Assembly (NCBI GenBank): GCA_976551045.1
Contig: CDPCPM010000120.1
Location: 7,440,001-7,504,000 of the forward strand
Direction: 5' to 3'
Origin: Glaucostegus cemiculus
Lineage: Eukaryota
DNA length: 64,000 nucleotides
Below are positions 34,801-48,049 of this stretch, piece by piece (the first letter of the stretch is position 1; every line of letters begins with the position of its first letter). The notes beneath the pieces were generated by a model. The model was given only the letters and a program-made list of their open reading frames with translations, was not told the DNA's origin and did not search any database. A program made the position numbers and the translations under genes.

Positions 34801-37800
34801 TGACCAACCTCTTGTGAGAATGGACACAAACTATGTGTTTAATTTCCTTTCCATTTTCTCTTTCTCCATTATAATTTCTTCTGTAAGGGACCCATTTTGC
34901 AGTCACTAGTCTTTTTTTCCGTATGGATAGAAGCCTTTGGAATCTGTTTGTATGCTTTTCACCAGTTTCTTGCCAGGAAAAACTATTAAAAGCAGTGTTA
35001 AGTCAAAAGAAGAGGCTTATAGTTGTCAGAAAATGCAGTAAGCCTGAGGACTGGGAGCATCATAGAACTCAGCAAACAGAGCAAGAGATTTATAAAGAAA
35101 GGGAATGTGGAATATGAGAGCAAACTAGTGAGAAACATTTAAAAAAAGATACATTCTGAAAAATGGCAGACCTGGCTTGACAGGCTGTATGGCTTAGTCC
35201 TATTATTTTTTATGTTATTATCAACAGAATATTAATTACCAGAAATGGGTTGAGAAGAAGCTTAATCAATATGTCTATGGAAATCATTGATATTAAAGTA
35301 GAAAGCTTTGTCTGAAAAGTGGATGAGTAACTGAATTTTAAGTGTTCATGATATTGCAAACTCTTCAACAATATTGGTTCCTCAGCTTGTTAACTAAGCA
35401 ATATTTGGGATGATTTTACTTGATTTCACTTCTTGTTACTCATTTCATTGCAGATCTTTTTCTGGCTGCTCATTCTCAATTGTTACTTTTGATCAAATCT
35501 GAACTTTTCTGCTAATTGTTTTCTGATAATTTCATTCTGACTGTGATTTTTTTATGACAGTGATATTTGAGCTAATTATCTGGCACATGCCAGAAATATT
35601 TATAGAATTTTTCTACTGATAAGATATTGTAAAAATAAAACGTAATATTTTGGAGTTGAACATAGCTTTAAAAGTCTTAAGAAAATTCTCAGAAATTTAA
35701 CCTGCTTAACATTAGTGGAGTTTTTGGAATTATGTTCGTGTTTTTAAAAAAACTGTTCAATCTATTGGTGTCCTCTAGAGGGAGATGGACACAAATTTCC
35801 TGGGTCTGTTCATTTACATATTAATAAGTGATGGATTGATAACATGGATCTGGTCTACTAAATCACTGCCAAAGTCTGCAGGCCCTTTAAAAGGCAACTT
35901 AGTGAAAGGCTTAAAGATGAACAAGTTAAGGTCGGAACAGTACATTCCTCTTTCACTGCACTCTCAAATAACTTCTCTGCGTGTCTTACAATATGCAGAA
36001 TTACGGTCACCATCAAGCAATATCTATGTTCAGAAAGTATGGTTACAAGTAAACGTAGAAGAAAATATAACGTCATTCATTCAGATTTCTAAGCCCTGCC
36101 AACGTTCACTGAAAGTTTCTGAGTGTGGGTGCCACTGCCACTCAGAATGTTTCCTTTATGCTGCCTGGAAAGCAGTGGCAATGACAATAATCTTTGGCTC
36201 TCTCTACCCAGGATGCAGAGTAAGGCTGCAAGAAATACCAGTCACTCTCTGTGCTCTTAAAGTTGTGCTTCCAGAACAATCTCTTGAATGAACAATGCTA
36301 AAACACCTTCCTCCCCTTTAATGGCCACATTTCTTCAAGAATTTTACTTCACCTCGTAATGCCACATATTATTTGCTTCTGAGCTATTGACGTCTTAGTT
36401 TTTTGCATTACCTGCCACAGACAGGATGCTGTAAAGGCATGGTTACCTTTAAACCTCTCCACTAGGTTAGACACTGAACAGCTAACACATTTCTCTGGTA
36501 TCCTATGATGGAACACCACATTAATCCTCTCTAAACTTGAAGAGCTAATGCTCACACGTTTTGAGTTTCCACCCTCCTTCTCTGCAGTATAATACAGGAA
36601 GAGGAAGATAAAGGTTGAAAGAGGGTGATTGGAGCAAATCAACACAGAAGTTGTACAGCTGTCTCAGAGTGATAGAATATCATAGCCCCTTTTCTCCTCA
36701 TCAAGAGGACAGAAGGAAGGTGTTGCTGCCAGAAACAAACTGACATGAGGTGAAGTTTGTTTCATTCCCACCTCCTCCAATCCTAGCCCTAAGTAGGTAT
36801 GCAGATAAAACATGTGAAAGGGTGCCCTCAGGGAATGAACTGCCTGTAAATAGTGGGGATTTTACAAATCCTTCATGGTTCTCTCTGTTCAGGTGAAAAT
36901 TTTCAAGTTGTATGATCACTAACACTAATTATGGACTTTAGGAATTTCATGAGAATAAATGTTAGCTGACTGGTCTATAATTTCCATGTAATGTTTAATA
37001 GATGAAATATTTTGCCGATGAGGATTACCAACAATGCATTTTACAAAGTTTGAATGTTGGATACTTTGGTTTCTTCTGTAGTGATCATCCTTATCACTTG
37101 AATTATTTGTTGTGTCATTTGTTGAATGGATTAGAGAATATTTTATGTGTTATTGAAAAATGTACTTATTTATCTTGAGGCAAATGAACTAATGATGAAT
37201 GTCAAAAAGAGTACAATTCTGCTTACTATTTGTGAACTTTCAACTATCCTATTCAAAGACAAATGTATAAGCAGTTAGTCCAAGAAATATCTGACCTGGA
37301 AAGTACAGACTATTGTAGAACAATTCATGGTGGAACTGAGATTGTCACCTGAAGTATATGATTTGGCAGATTCCCTGTTGATGGAATGATTAGTTGTAAG
37401 CTGCTTGAGGACAACACAGAAATAAAGCGAGTAACCAACAAAACCACTTATAGAATCTGCACTTAGCACTTGGGATAGACGTTTCTGCTAGATATTCTAG
37501 TGAGCTATGTGCCACAGTGCACAACAGATTCCACATGAATACAGTTGCTTAATTATCTTGGACGTGTGGTTAAAAATAACTATCCAGACTGATATGTTTT
37601 CAAGAAAACTGTATGAATTGTTCCACTTGAATAAGTATGGCTGGAAGCCAATAAGTAATGTAAGGTTATAGTCAGGAAGGGAAGGAGGATCACTGTGGGG
37701 AATGAACAGAAGAAAAAGCTAAAATCTAGTGTTCATTATGCTGATTCCACTGAGAAATGTGAAGAATAAACTGTGCCAAAGATACTATAGATAAATGAAG

Positions 37801-38559
37801 GATAGATTTTCCTGTATACTCTATAAACGTAAAGAGGCATTGCAAAACTCCCTTTCCCATCTGGATGAAAGATGTAAAATATGCATTTTAACTAGACATG
37901 GAAATGAGGTAACTATTATGCCACAACAAATATATAAAGAAATATTTCAGAGAATGTCTACAACAATATGGGAATATAGTGAATAGTTATTCTCTATTCT
38001 TAATGGCTGCTCCCACAACATAAAAATCTAAAAATACAAAACTTGGATAAGCAAACATAAGTTAGGAATAAAGAATAACTTTTCAACAAGTTCTCATATT
38101 TTTGTATACCAAATTGTCTGTAAATATAGATGAGAACAAAAATACTGCAATGATGGACTGAGAACAGCTTTGCAGCTGAAATTAAGCTGAACCACTATTT
38201 AAAAAAATGGTCATTGCTGTAAGGCAGTGGACATACTCATAAATTATGTGGATCTTGAAGAACTCATCTCAACACACAGATGGAGGTAAAGTCAAACAAT
38301 CTTAAGTACTGAGCAATGCCCGATACTCCTTACACAATGAAGGCATTATACGAGCCAAAGATTGTGTGGATTATGAGGCAAATTTTGCTCCAGAAATTGG
38401 TGAAGTCTGAGGTTAATATAAAATGTTTGTTTTTATCTATTGCATAGACATAAGCCTAATTTTGAATTCTATACTCATGAATAACTCCTGTCCATTCCTG
38501 AAGAGGTTGTGTTGGTGCAGAATTTTCTTAATCAGATGCTTTTCAGTGTTAAATCAGGC

Positions 38560-39000
38560 AGTTAATTAAGAAAGCTGGAATTTGTGAATACAGTACACTG
38601 AATTTTGGTGTTGCATCTGCTCCAAACATATTTTGGGAAACTACTGAAATGTTTTTAGCTAGTACTGTTGCATCATGTTGGATTTTCTGATTCCAGGAAG
38701 ATCAGAGGAAGAACATCTGTAAGATCTTAAAGTAGTTTTCAAACATTTATATTAAAATAATTTTCAACTGAAGTCCCATTGCTTTCAATGTTGGCAAGTT
38801 TGATATTCAGTCAGTGAAGATAACTCAAATGATCAATTGTGCACCTACTTCAATTAATATGGACTAGTTCCAGATATTATGCAGCCATTCATTTATTAGA
38901 AAAAAATAACAAGTCCACTGTCACATACCCATGGAGCATAAAGTGGGAAGGGTCAAAGAATTGTCAGGGTTCCTGTAAATGGTTGAAACTACAAGGAAGT
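38560..39000 (+). mobile_element. Highly decayed Gypsy/Ty3 pol (reverse transcriptase) remnant
   Basis: Translates as LNFGVASAPNIFWETTEMFLA, then after a frameshift LDFLIPGRSEEEHL*DLKVVFKHL. Matches the Gypsy RT motifs LPFG..SAP.IFQ and YLDDILI.G...EEH..L..V. Confidence 0.65.
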
Positions 39001-39394
39001 TAGGAACCTAAATATCATTTAGTTTATTCTTTGCTGTGTTTTTAGAATTTGGATTGACAATCGTCACCAAAGCTTAACTTTAGATATCAGTTATGAACAG
39101 AATATGTATTTGAGACCTGCTATAAATTCTGAAGCGAATTCCAGTTCTAGTATTAATTCTGAATTCATTTGAAGTTTAAGCTATTGAAAATCAGAATCAG
39201 GTTTATTATCACTGACTTATGTTGTGAAATTAATATAAGTATACAGTAAAACTCAGATAATTTGGCATCTGATTGTTTGGGAATTCCGACGGTTTGGCGG
39301 CTGACTCACTCATTAATTAGGGATGTGACCCAGGGTCCAGGGTGTGAGCAAGATGTGCGGCCAGAAGTTTTAAACTTAAACTTTGCACTTTATT

Positions 39395-39620
39395 TACAAC
39401 ATGGTAACAGGCCTCTCCAGCCCAACGAGTCTGCACCACCCATTTAAACCCATGTTAACCTACCCATATGTTTTTGGAATGTGGGACGGGACCAGAGCAC
39501 CGGGAGAAAACCCATGTAGACACAGGGAGAACGTACAAACACCTTACAGAGAGCGATGGGAATTGAAGCCCGTTCACTGGTGCTGTAATAGCGTCATGCT
39601 GACCACTATGCTACCATACA
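39395..39620 (-). mobile_element. tRNA-derived V-SINE (HE1-like)
   Basis: Minus strand has A-box-like TAGCATAGTGG, B-box-like GGCTTCAATTCCC, V-domain tttgtacgttctccctgtgtctacatgggttttctcccggtgctctgg and a CR1-like tail. Confidence 0.85.
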
Positions 39621-40069
39621 GTGGGAGTACTTGTATATTTTCCATTCACATTGAACTCACTGGGTTCACTAGAAAATTTATTGTATTACTGTATAACAAA
39701 TAATATAAGTGAAATAAAAGTGTGTTTGGGTATCGATAGGACTAACATCCAACAGTCTAACATCCATAAATCTGCTAGTCCAGCACCACCAAAGTCTCAA
39801 AGGTGCTGGATCATTGGAAGTTTACTGTATACCTAATTCTAAAGTTCACTTTGAGGAACTACAACTGGAGGCCACATAGCAAGCTGAATTATTGATTGAA
39901 GACAGTTGCTTTGCAGCCTTTGTGCTGTCATTCCACTTAAATTAGGACATTACATGATCCAAAAAAAAGGAATGAGATTTATCTATTATATTGGAGCCCT
40001 TCTTTGGAAAGTAAACTAGATATTACCATTAGATAATGTCAACTTTGTCAGTTCCTTGGAAGAGAGGGC

Positions 40070-40180
40070 TCATCAATGAGGTCATGACCCGAATCATTAA
40101 CTTTCTCCCTCCCTGAGTATTTCCAGCATTTTCTGTTTTTCTTTCAGATTTCCAACACCAGCAGTGTTCTGCCTTTGAAA
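40070..40180 (+). mobile_element. Degenerate solo Penelope-like terminal repeat
   Basis: atga-GGTCatGACC-cgaatcattaact...ctgagtatttccagcattttctgtttttctttcagatttccaacacc. A more decayed copy lies at about 41440-41520. Confidence 0.6.
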
Positions 40181-40309
40181 TATCAGCCATCTGTTCTACA
40201 CCCTCCTGCTATTTGGTTCCAGTGACCAAAAACAAACTTCTATCTTAGTATTTTTCAAAGAAACAAAATTTGTTTGAGTTTCTTATTTTATGGCAGTCAT
40301 CTTTCTGGA

Positions 40310-40865
40310 AAATGTGAAGCTGTATAAAACTGGTTGGTCCACATTTGGAGTATTTTGTGCAGTACTAGTCTCCACATAACAGGAAGAATGTGGATGCTTT
40401 GGAGTTTGTTGAAAAGAGGTTCACAAGATTGTTGCCTGGATTAGAGTAAGAGCTATAAGGAGAGGTTGGACAAACTTGTTGTGTTTTCTCTGGACCATCG
40501 TAGGCTGAAGGACAACCTGATAGAAGTATGTAAGATTATGAGAGGTGTAGATTGGGTAGATGGTCAGAATCTTTTTTCCCATGGTGGGGTATCAAAAACA
40601 GTAAGGTATAGGTTTAAGGTGAGAGGAAGGAGTATTAAAGGGGATCTGAGGGGAAAGTGTTTTTCTGCAGAGAGAGTGGTAGATATCTGGAACATACTGC
40701 CAGAGGAGGTGATGGAATCAGAAGTGCAGCATTTAAGAGGCATTGAGATAGGCATGTGAACAGGCAGGGGATGGAGGGATATAGACCATGTGCAGGCAGG
40801 TGGGATTAGTTTAAACTGGCATCATGGTCGGTACAGATTTCATGGGCCAAAAAGCCTACTGTTCT
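40310..40865 (+). mobile_element. CR1 LINE 3' fragment (ORF2 C-terminus + 3' UTR)
   Basis: ORF 40466-40759 (FSLDHRRLKDNLIEVCKIMRG...ERVVDIWNILPEEVME) is the conserved CR1 ORF2 C-terminus. Confidence 0.88.
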
Positions 40866-41699
40866 TTTTTTCAATCTTCTATTAGTGCACTGACTTAGTT
40901 TGAAAGTATGCATCGGCTTACTGTGTTAAACTGCTATCAATTTACGAAAGATGCAATCAAAATAGACTAACACTGATGCCAAAAAGACTGCTAATGTAGG
41001 TAGATGTTTTATTCAGCAATAACATTTACTTCCTGTGGAGATAGACTTCCAAAAATCCAGACAGGAAGACATTTTATTGAAATATAACCTACGGAATTTA
41101 ACACTTTGATATCTTCAGATACCTTGATATTTACTATGCTCTGCAATAAACAGAAGCCTGTCTCTTCAATTATTTTCTCTGAACATCATTTTCTCTGAAC
41201 ATTTGGAATTGGTCAACTGATAGAACTACAAGAGTCATGCTTAAGATGTATATTTATCAACATGTCCAATGAAGACATAATGTAGCAGGGACATGCAGAG
41301 TGAAGCCAGTGAAAGCTTACAGTATATAGGTCTCAAGTCTCTGAATAATTTTGTTAAAACCCAGCCCACTTCTTTGATAAAACTTCTGTTTGTCTGTCTT
41401 AATATCTTCTGTTACCACTAGACCAAAGATATCTAGTGTGTCTGAGTCTGAGACATTAACTCTGTTTCTCTCTCCACAGATGTTGAGCATCTCTAGTATT
41501 TTCTGTTTTTATTTCATGTCATTAAATCTGCAAATTTTCCTATTCTAATACCTCCTTTGACTTGCAGTCAGTTTTTGTCTTTTAGTACTCTTGTGAGAAG
41601 CTTCAGAAAGATTTGCTATATTAATACAAGTTATTGGTTATGAAATAAAAATTAGGTCATGTTGCTTGCAGTTCCTTCTATCAATCTTATTTTACCATT

Positions 41700-44170
41700 C
41701 AAACTGAATTTCTACTTCACCTTCCAATTCTATCCTTGTATTGTTTGACTGCTCTTGTGTTCCTAAGAGCATTGCTCTTAGCCTTGAATAAACTCAAAGA
41801 ATGAGCATCCACAATCCTATAAATTGTAGAATAACAAAGAATCACAAGCCTTTCAGTGAAGAAGTTTCTCTATACCTCAGTCTCAAGTGGCTGACCAGTT
41901 TTCCCCAATACTATGAACCCAGATCCAAACTCTCCAGTCAGAAATAAATAAGTGCTCAGCCACCATCCAGTCAAGCCTTTGCAGAATGGTATATGTTTCA
42001 CTGACGTCAATGCTTATTTTTCAGAGAATGTACTTCCATTCTAATTAATCTCTCTCAAAAGGCAATCATCTCATCCCATGAATCATTCTAATGAATTGTA
42101 CACCCTCTAATATAAGAACTGTTTTCAATAGAGACCAAAAATATGTCAGAATCCCAGGTCAAAGAAGGCCCTTATAAATTCCCAACAAAACTTTCTTATT
42201 CAATTTGTCAATACTAACATACCACTTCCAGTTGCATACTTTCTGTGATTCATAAATAAGAATCCCAAATCCCAGTAAATCCCAATTTCACTAATTCCTC
42301 ACCATTAACAAATGTTTTGTTTTTCTATTCTTTCTTCCAAAGCAGGTAATTTTATATATACACTCTGTATATTCCATAAGCCTTATTGCTTAGTCGTTTA
42401 ACTGGCCTATGTTCCTTTGTAGCCTCTTTGCATCCTCCTTGCAGCTTGTTTTCCCACCCACCTTTGAGCTACCAGCAAACTTCTACATGTTTGCACTCAG
42501 CTCCTTCATCTAAATGATTGATAGAGACTGTAAACAGAAACCCAAGCATTAGTTCTTCTGAAATGTGACTGGTTACACCCTGCTGTTTTGAAAAGGAATC
42601 CAATCATTCTGAACGTCAACCAATGTTATTGAAGGGATAAATTCTGCTCAATCCCATGATCCCTAATGTTGTGTATCAATCATTGTGTGTTACTTTATTA
42701 AGTGTTATCTACATAATAAGATACACTGCATCCACTAATTTCCTTTCACTTAGTTTATTGATTACATTTTCAAAAATTTGCATAATTTTTCAAATGTAAT
42801 TTCCCTTTGTTACGAAACCAGCAACAAAAGAAGCACACCTATTCATACTTCAGTGTTAAAACTACTTTATTAATAACTACATCTGATAATACGTAAAATA
42901 AGAATAAAAAGTTAGTATATTAGTACAAAACAAAATATTAGAATCTTAAACTATATCCCCAAAACTACTCGTCGTGTGTGTGCGGCAAGTTCCTAAACTC
43001 CAAGTCCAGGAATTAGTTCTTAAAGTTCAGTTCAATAAGCCGTAAGATGACACGAATAAAGGCTTCTTCACAAGCACCGTCCACCGAAGACAAAACATAG
43101 ATATAGAGAGAGATTAGAGAGGAATCACTAAATCCAAATGTTCCACTCGAAACTCAAACGACACTTCAGGGCTTACTCGGTAGTGACTTTCTCACCCTGA
43201 AAACTCCTTGATCGTGACTGTCCATGCAAATACCTGTGTTCTTCTACAGGTTAGCAGCAAAGTGAATTCCGTCACTTTGTTCCACAGTATCTGCCACTCT
43301 GAAGAGCATCCAAAATGTGGTTGTTCACGCAAACACCTGTGTCCTTCTACAAGTTACCGACAAAGTGAACTCCACTGGACTACTCCAGAAATCCATCCAC
43401 GGATTTTAGTGACAAACACAGTTACTGTCCTTCATCCATCGACAGAAACAAAACAGGCTGCCATCTCTCCTTCTTCTCTCTTTCCATCTGTTTGTCTCTC
43501 TCTCTCTCTTATCTTTTTCTTTCTTGTAATGACCTCATCACGTTAGTCTTATCTTCTGTTGACGTAATACGTTGTACACACACACACACAATGTCCCATA
43601 TTAAAGGGATATTTGCCTATAGTAAGCTACTTCGTAACACCTTTCATTAATTAATGTTAACTCTGACTAATAATACTGTGATTTTCTAAATGTCCCATTA
43701 CTGCGGTAATAATAACAGATGATAGTTTATTTCACTGATATCAGCCTAACAAGCCCATTTTCCATTTTTTCCTCAATACTTTCTTCAGCGGTGAGATTGC
43801 AATTGCTATATTCCAAATAACAAGGATTGCTCTATAATTCCTTTGATTCTAGAAGGTCCACAATCATTCCAGTTATCTATTTCAACCCCCAAGGTATAGT
43901 GTAGCAGATTCAATAAATGCATCAATTTCCCTGTATTTTTTTCTTTAATTCCTCTCTCTTATTAGACCATTGATTGTCCAAACCTTTAGGTTCTTTTTGG
44001 TTCATTATAATTTCCCCTGTATTTGTCACTGAGGGGCCCTCAATTTCACAAACTTCTTTCTTTTCACATGTTTTTAAATTTCTTGCAAATTGAATCTCAT
44101 TTGACTTTCTCATGGTTTGTAAATTTTTTTCATTGTCCTTCAGTGATTTTTAAACGTTTTCTATGTCACC
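41700..44170 (-). mobile_element. Old, decayed CR1 LINE interrupted by a solo LTR
   Basis: Antisense CR1 motifs (agcatccacaa, gtgaagaagtttctc, gagaccaaaa, accagcaaactt, ccttcatctaaatgattgat). The sequence reads through across the LTR insertion point (atttccctt|tcattaatt). Confidence 0.65.
42808..43639. mobile_element. Solo LTR (832 bp), probably Gypsy-class
   Basis: Starts TGTTACGAA and ends TTCGTAACA (9-bp perfect inverted termini, TG...CA). Flanked by a 4-bp direct repeat CCTT at 42804-42807 and 43640-43643. Confidence 0.88.
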
Positions 44171-44199
44171 AGGCTTTTGACTCTTCGTGACAATATAAA

Positions 44200-44512
44200 A
44201 ATATAAGAAACTTAAGACATAGGAACAGGAATAGGCCATTCAGCCCCCACTTAGCTCTGTCATTCAATAAATTCTTCTACCTCAACACCAGTTTCCTGCC
44301 CTATGCCCATATCCCTTGATTCCTTCCATATCCAGAAATTACTGATCTAACTTTTAGACACAATCAATAACTGAGCTTCCAAAATTCTCTGGTGTCGAGA
44401 ATTCCAAAGATTCACCACACTCTGACTAAAGAAATGTCTCCTTACTTCAGTCCTAAGTGGCCTATTCCTTATTGTAAACCTTGTTTTTAACTCCTTATCC
44501 AGGGAAACATCC
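44200..44512 (-). mobile_element. CR1 3' end fragment
   Basis: Minus translation RNRPLRTEVRRHFFSQSVVNLWNS; tail gggctgaatggcctattcctgttcctatgtctt. Confidence 0.85.
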
Positions 44513-45385
44513 CTATACATTAGTGATTTGGAAGAGAGGACTGAGTGTAGCGTATCTAAGTTTGCTGATGGCACTAAATTGAGTGGAAAAGCAAATTGTG
44601 CGGGGGACACAGAGAGTCTGCAGAGAGCTATAGACTGGTTAAGTGAGTGGGCAAGGGTCTGGCAGATGGAGTGCAATGTTGGTAAAAGCGAGGTCATCTA
44701 CTTTGGAAGGAAAAGTAGAAGTTTAGAATATTATTTAATTGGTGAAAGATTGCAGCATGCTGTTGCGCAGAGGGACTTGGGAGTGCTTGTGCATGAATCG
44801 CAAAAGGTTAGTTTTCAGGTACAACAGGTTATCAAGAAGGCAAATGAAATGTTGGCTTTCATTGCTAGAGGGATTGAATTTAAGAGCAGGGAGGTTATGC
44901 TGCAGCTGTACAGGGTTCTGGTGAGGCCGCACCTGGAGTACTGCATGCAATTCTGGTCTCCTTACTTGAGGAAAGATATACTGGCTTTGGAGGCAGTGCA
45001 GAGGAGGTTCACCAAGTTGATTTTGGAGATGAGAGGATTACCCTATGAGGAGAGATTGAGTTGCTTGGGACTATACTTGCTGAAGAGTGAGAGGCAATAT
45101 AAAATTATGAAAGGGATAGATAAGATAAAGGCAGAAAGGTTGTTTCCACAGGAAGTTGAGACTAGAACTAGGGGACAACCTCAAGATTCAGGGGAGTAGA
45201 TTTAGGATGACGATGAGGAGAAACTGCTTTTCCCAGAGAGTAGTGAATCTGTGGAATTCTTGCCCAGGGAACCAGTAGAGGCTACCTCATTAAGTATATT
45301 TAAGATGCAGTTAGATAGATTTTTGCATAGTAGGGGAATTAAGGGTTTTTGGGAAAAGGCAAGTAAGTGGATCTGAGTCTGCAGA
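44513..45385 (+). mobile_element. Relatively young 5'-truncated CR1 LINE (RT C-terminal part)
   Basis: 223-aa ORF 44528-45199: SKFADGTKL (FADD motif variant), LQRAIDWLSEWARVWQMECNVGK, LYRVLVRPHLEYCMQFWSP, then CR1 3' UTR. Confidence 0.93.
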
Positions 45386-48049
45386 TTCGAAATTGAGATT
45401 ATGGAAGGGTCCCACACATGCGCCAATGAAGTTTTCTAGCCTTTGCAACACACTTCTCCAGTCATATTTATTCTGCATCCTTATTTTCTAGTTGGGATCT
45501 AGCATGTCTATTGCCTTTGTTTCTTCACTCTAATTTTGCCTTCCTTTTATAAAGGACAAAGATCCTGGATTATTTTGTTTCCATGTTCGGTGTGACTGTC
45601 TGATAAGTATATGTAAAAGCTACCAGATAAAATCTATTTTATTTCTATTTTTGCTTTTAATTCTTTACCTTCTTGAGAATGTTGATGAGATGCAGATATA
45701 GGACCTTTAATTTTAACCTCTTACTATATTTCTCCTTTGTGCTTTTAGTTACCCATTTGAGCAAGCCAAGCATCACCATGTGTGACTTTAAACAGAGGAC
45801 TTGTATCTGTGGACACCACATGTGATCCTTTTTCCATAATTAGCAGTGGAAGGCACACGTTTGCAATATGCTGCCCTTCTGGCTCCAGCTTATAGATCAT
45901 TGAAAATTGAGCTTGATGTAAATTGTACATATGTATTTGGCATTATTGTTCAACCCGCACCCATAGGCACAATCTTTGGAGTGTGTGACGAAACATATAA
46001 GATTTATATAAATGTACTAGCTTTGGAAAAATCGACAAGGTACAACAGCAAAATATGAGCAAAAGTATTGGAAACTATATTTTAAGATTGTATAGAAATT
46101 GCCACTTTTGGATCATTAAGGAAACATATTTCCTGAGGTATATTGTATCCATTTCATGTTCCTTTCCATAGAAACATAAAGTGGTCTCCGGAAACTAGGT
46201 AGAGATCCATGTTGCCAGAGACCCAGCTATTTTTTTACAAAGTTTGAACTGCTCCACAGCTAATACTGTGGATGTGAAATATGAGCAAGCTTTATTAAAA
46301 ATTTAAATTGATGAATAAAACAGCATAATGAGAACTTTTTGTTCCCATATGGAAAGCTTTGTGTTGAGTTTGCCTTTAAAATATGGATGAAGTTGTTTGA
46401 GGGAAAGAATGATTAAGGCCAAATCTTCACCTGGAGTTCTCAGATGTTAATTTTTGGGAGCTGGATTTTAAAGGAATTGACATTTTGTACATTTTAGCAA
46501 TTTTTATTGCTTCAATTGAATATTGGAATATGTTAAATCCTTGCCATTGATTTGTCTCTTTGCTCTTTTTTACGCTGTTTTGAAAATATCATTCTACCAA
46601 TTTCCAATGTCCAGCATGTTTCAGATAGACTTTTCTTTGGCTTAATTGTTCAGCCTATTTTTTTTTATTTTCAGCTTTAAATCAAAGTACTTTTAGAGAT
46701 ATATTTCATATTTGGAGTTGTATGGAATGGTTATGGGACACATGCTCTGTTCTGACTTTGTCATCACTTCTACTTATCTGTACACTCCAAACGTGGGATA
46801 AAGGCTCACTCTGGTACGATTTTGTAATATCATCTTACTTTGTTAATTACCATGCAATGACTGTAAATTGGTTGAAGCACAGAGAATGCATTTAGTGCAT
46901 AGAGTAGGAAATCGAGCATATTGGCAAGGCCATGAGAGTTTGCTGCTCATTGTTAACACAGAGCTGCAAACTGAACATTTAAAGTGCTGCTTCTACTCTA
47001 AAGCCAACAATTAGAGAGGTATGCCCAGTGGGATGCCCATCTTCAGAATGGTGATTGAGGGAAACTACAGCTGCTAACAAGCCAGATGTGAAAATTAGTG
47101 GGCCTCGGAAGAGTCCAAAACTAGGCCACAGCCAAAAACAGCAGGGAATACAACAAAAACAATGCAGAGAGAAAACCTACAAAGTAGCTCAGCTGCATTC
47201 ATTACAGTGCAGATTTTAAATGACCAGTCATTAACTTAAATACATGCTGAACCTTGAAAGTGGAGTTACTGGGGTCATTATCATAATTTTTAAACACTTA
47301 ATGAGGCTATCACAAGAAAGCTGCAGTAGACCTATATATACATGCTAATTGTGGATTGGTATCCTCTGCTCCTTGGACAAGGGGCAGACCAAAGGCCTGC
47401 TTGGAAGATTAAACATCCCAGTCAACCCAGACAAAACGGGCACACCCAACCACATCAATGAGGTGAGGGAGAAGTCAACAACAATTTGTCGTTGTATGGC
47501 AGATTTAACATAGCAAAGGTTCTCAAGCCACTTCACAGGAATAAAAGAAAATTAACATTGAGCCACAGAAGTCTCTCAAAATTCACTTCAAGCAGAAGCT
47601 TCTCAGTTACTTCCCTTTGAATTTACCTTGTCTCCAAGAGCACTTTGCTGCCTGGTGGCCTTCAGCACACATGGATAGTATTAACATATGAGTCATTCTC
47701 TATGATGGTTTACAAGTTACAATGGGAATATTGGATTTATTTGCACATCTAAATATATCTTCCACTTCTTGTTAATGCTTTCTAATGTATGCATAATTGT
47801 AAATGATGTATGAGGGTTGAATTTAACTCCCTCCACCCTACACAAATTGTCAAACTAGCATTCATGTGATGTTCGGTTACTCGTACCCAGTCCTGCCAGT
47901 ACTCCACCTTGGATAAGATGCTGAGATAGGTGGCTGAAGCATCCGTCTGTCCCGAGTGGGAAGTCACACAATGTAATTATGGGCTGCAAATCATTTGTAC
48001 CAGAGAGAAAGTATCTTAGTTACTGTCTTTGATGTCATTGTTGATTTTG

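Noticed and set aside
35785-36291. 168-aa + strand ORF
   Set aside because: No recognisable domain, composition or exon context; probably a chance ORF.
39540-39620. tRNA gene
   Set aside because: The A/B boxes belong to a SINE head that continues into a V-domain; no full cloverleaf.
44528-45199. 223-aa reverse-transcriptase-like ORF as a host gene or retron-like system
   Set aside because: It is a 5'-truncated CR1 ORF2 fragment with an altered catalytic motif (FADG) and a CR1 3' UTR.
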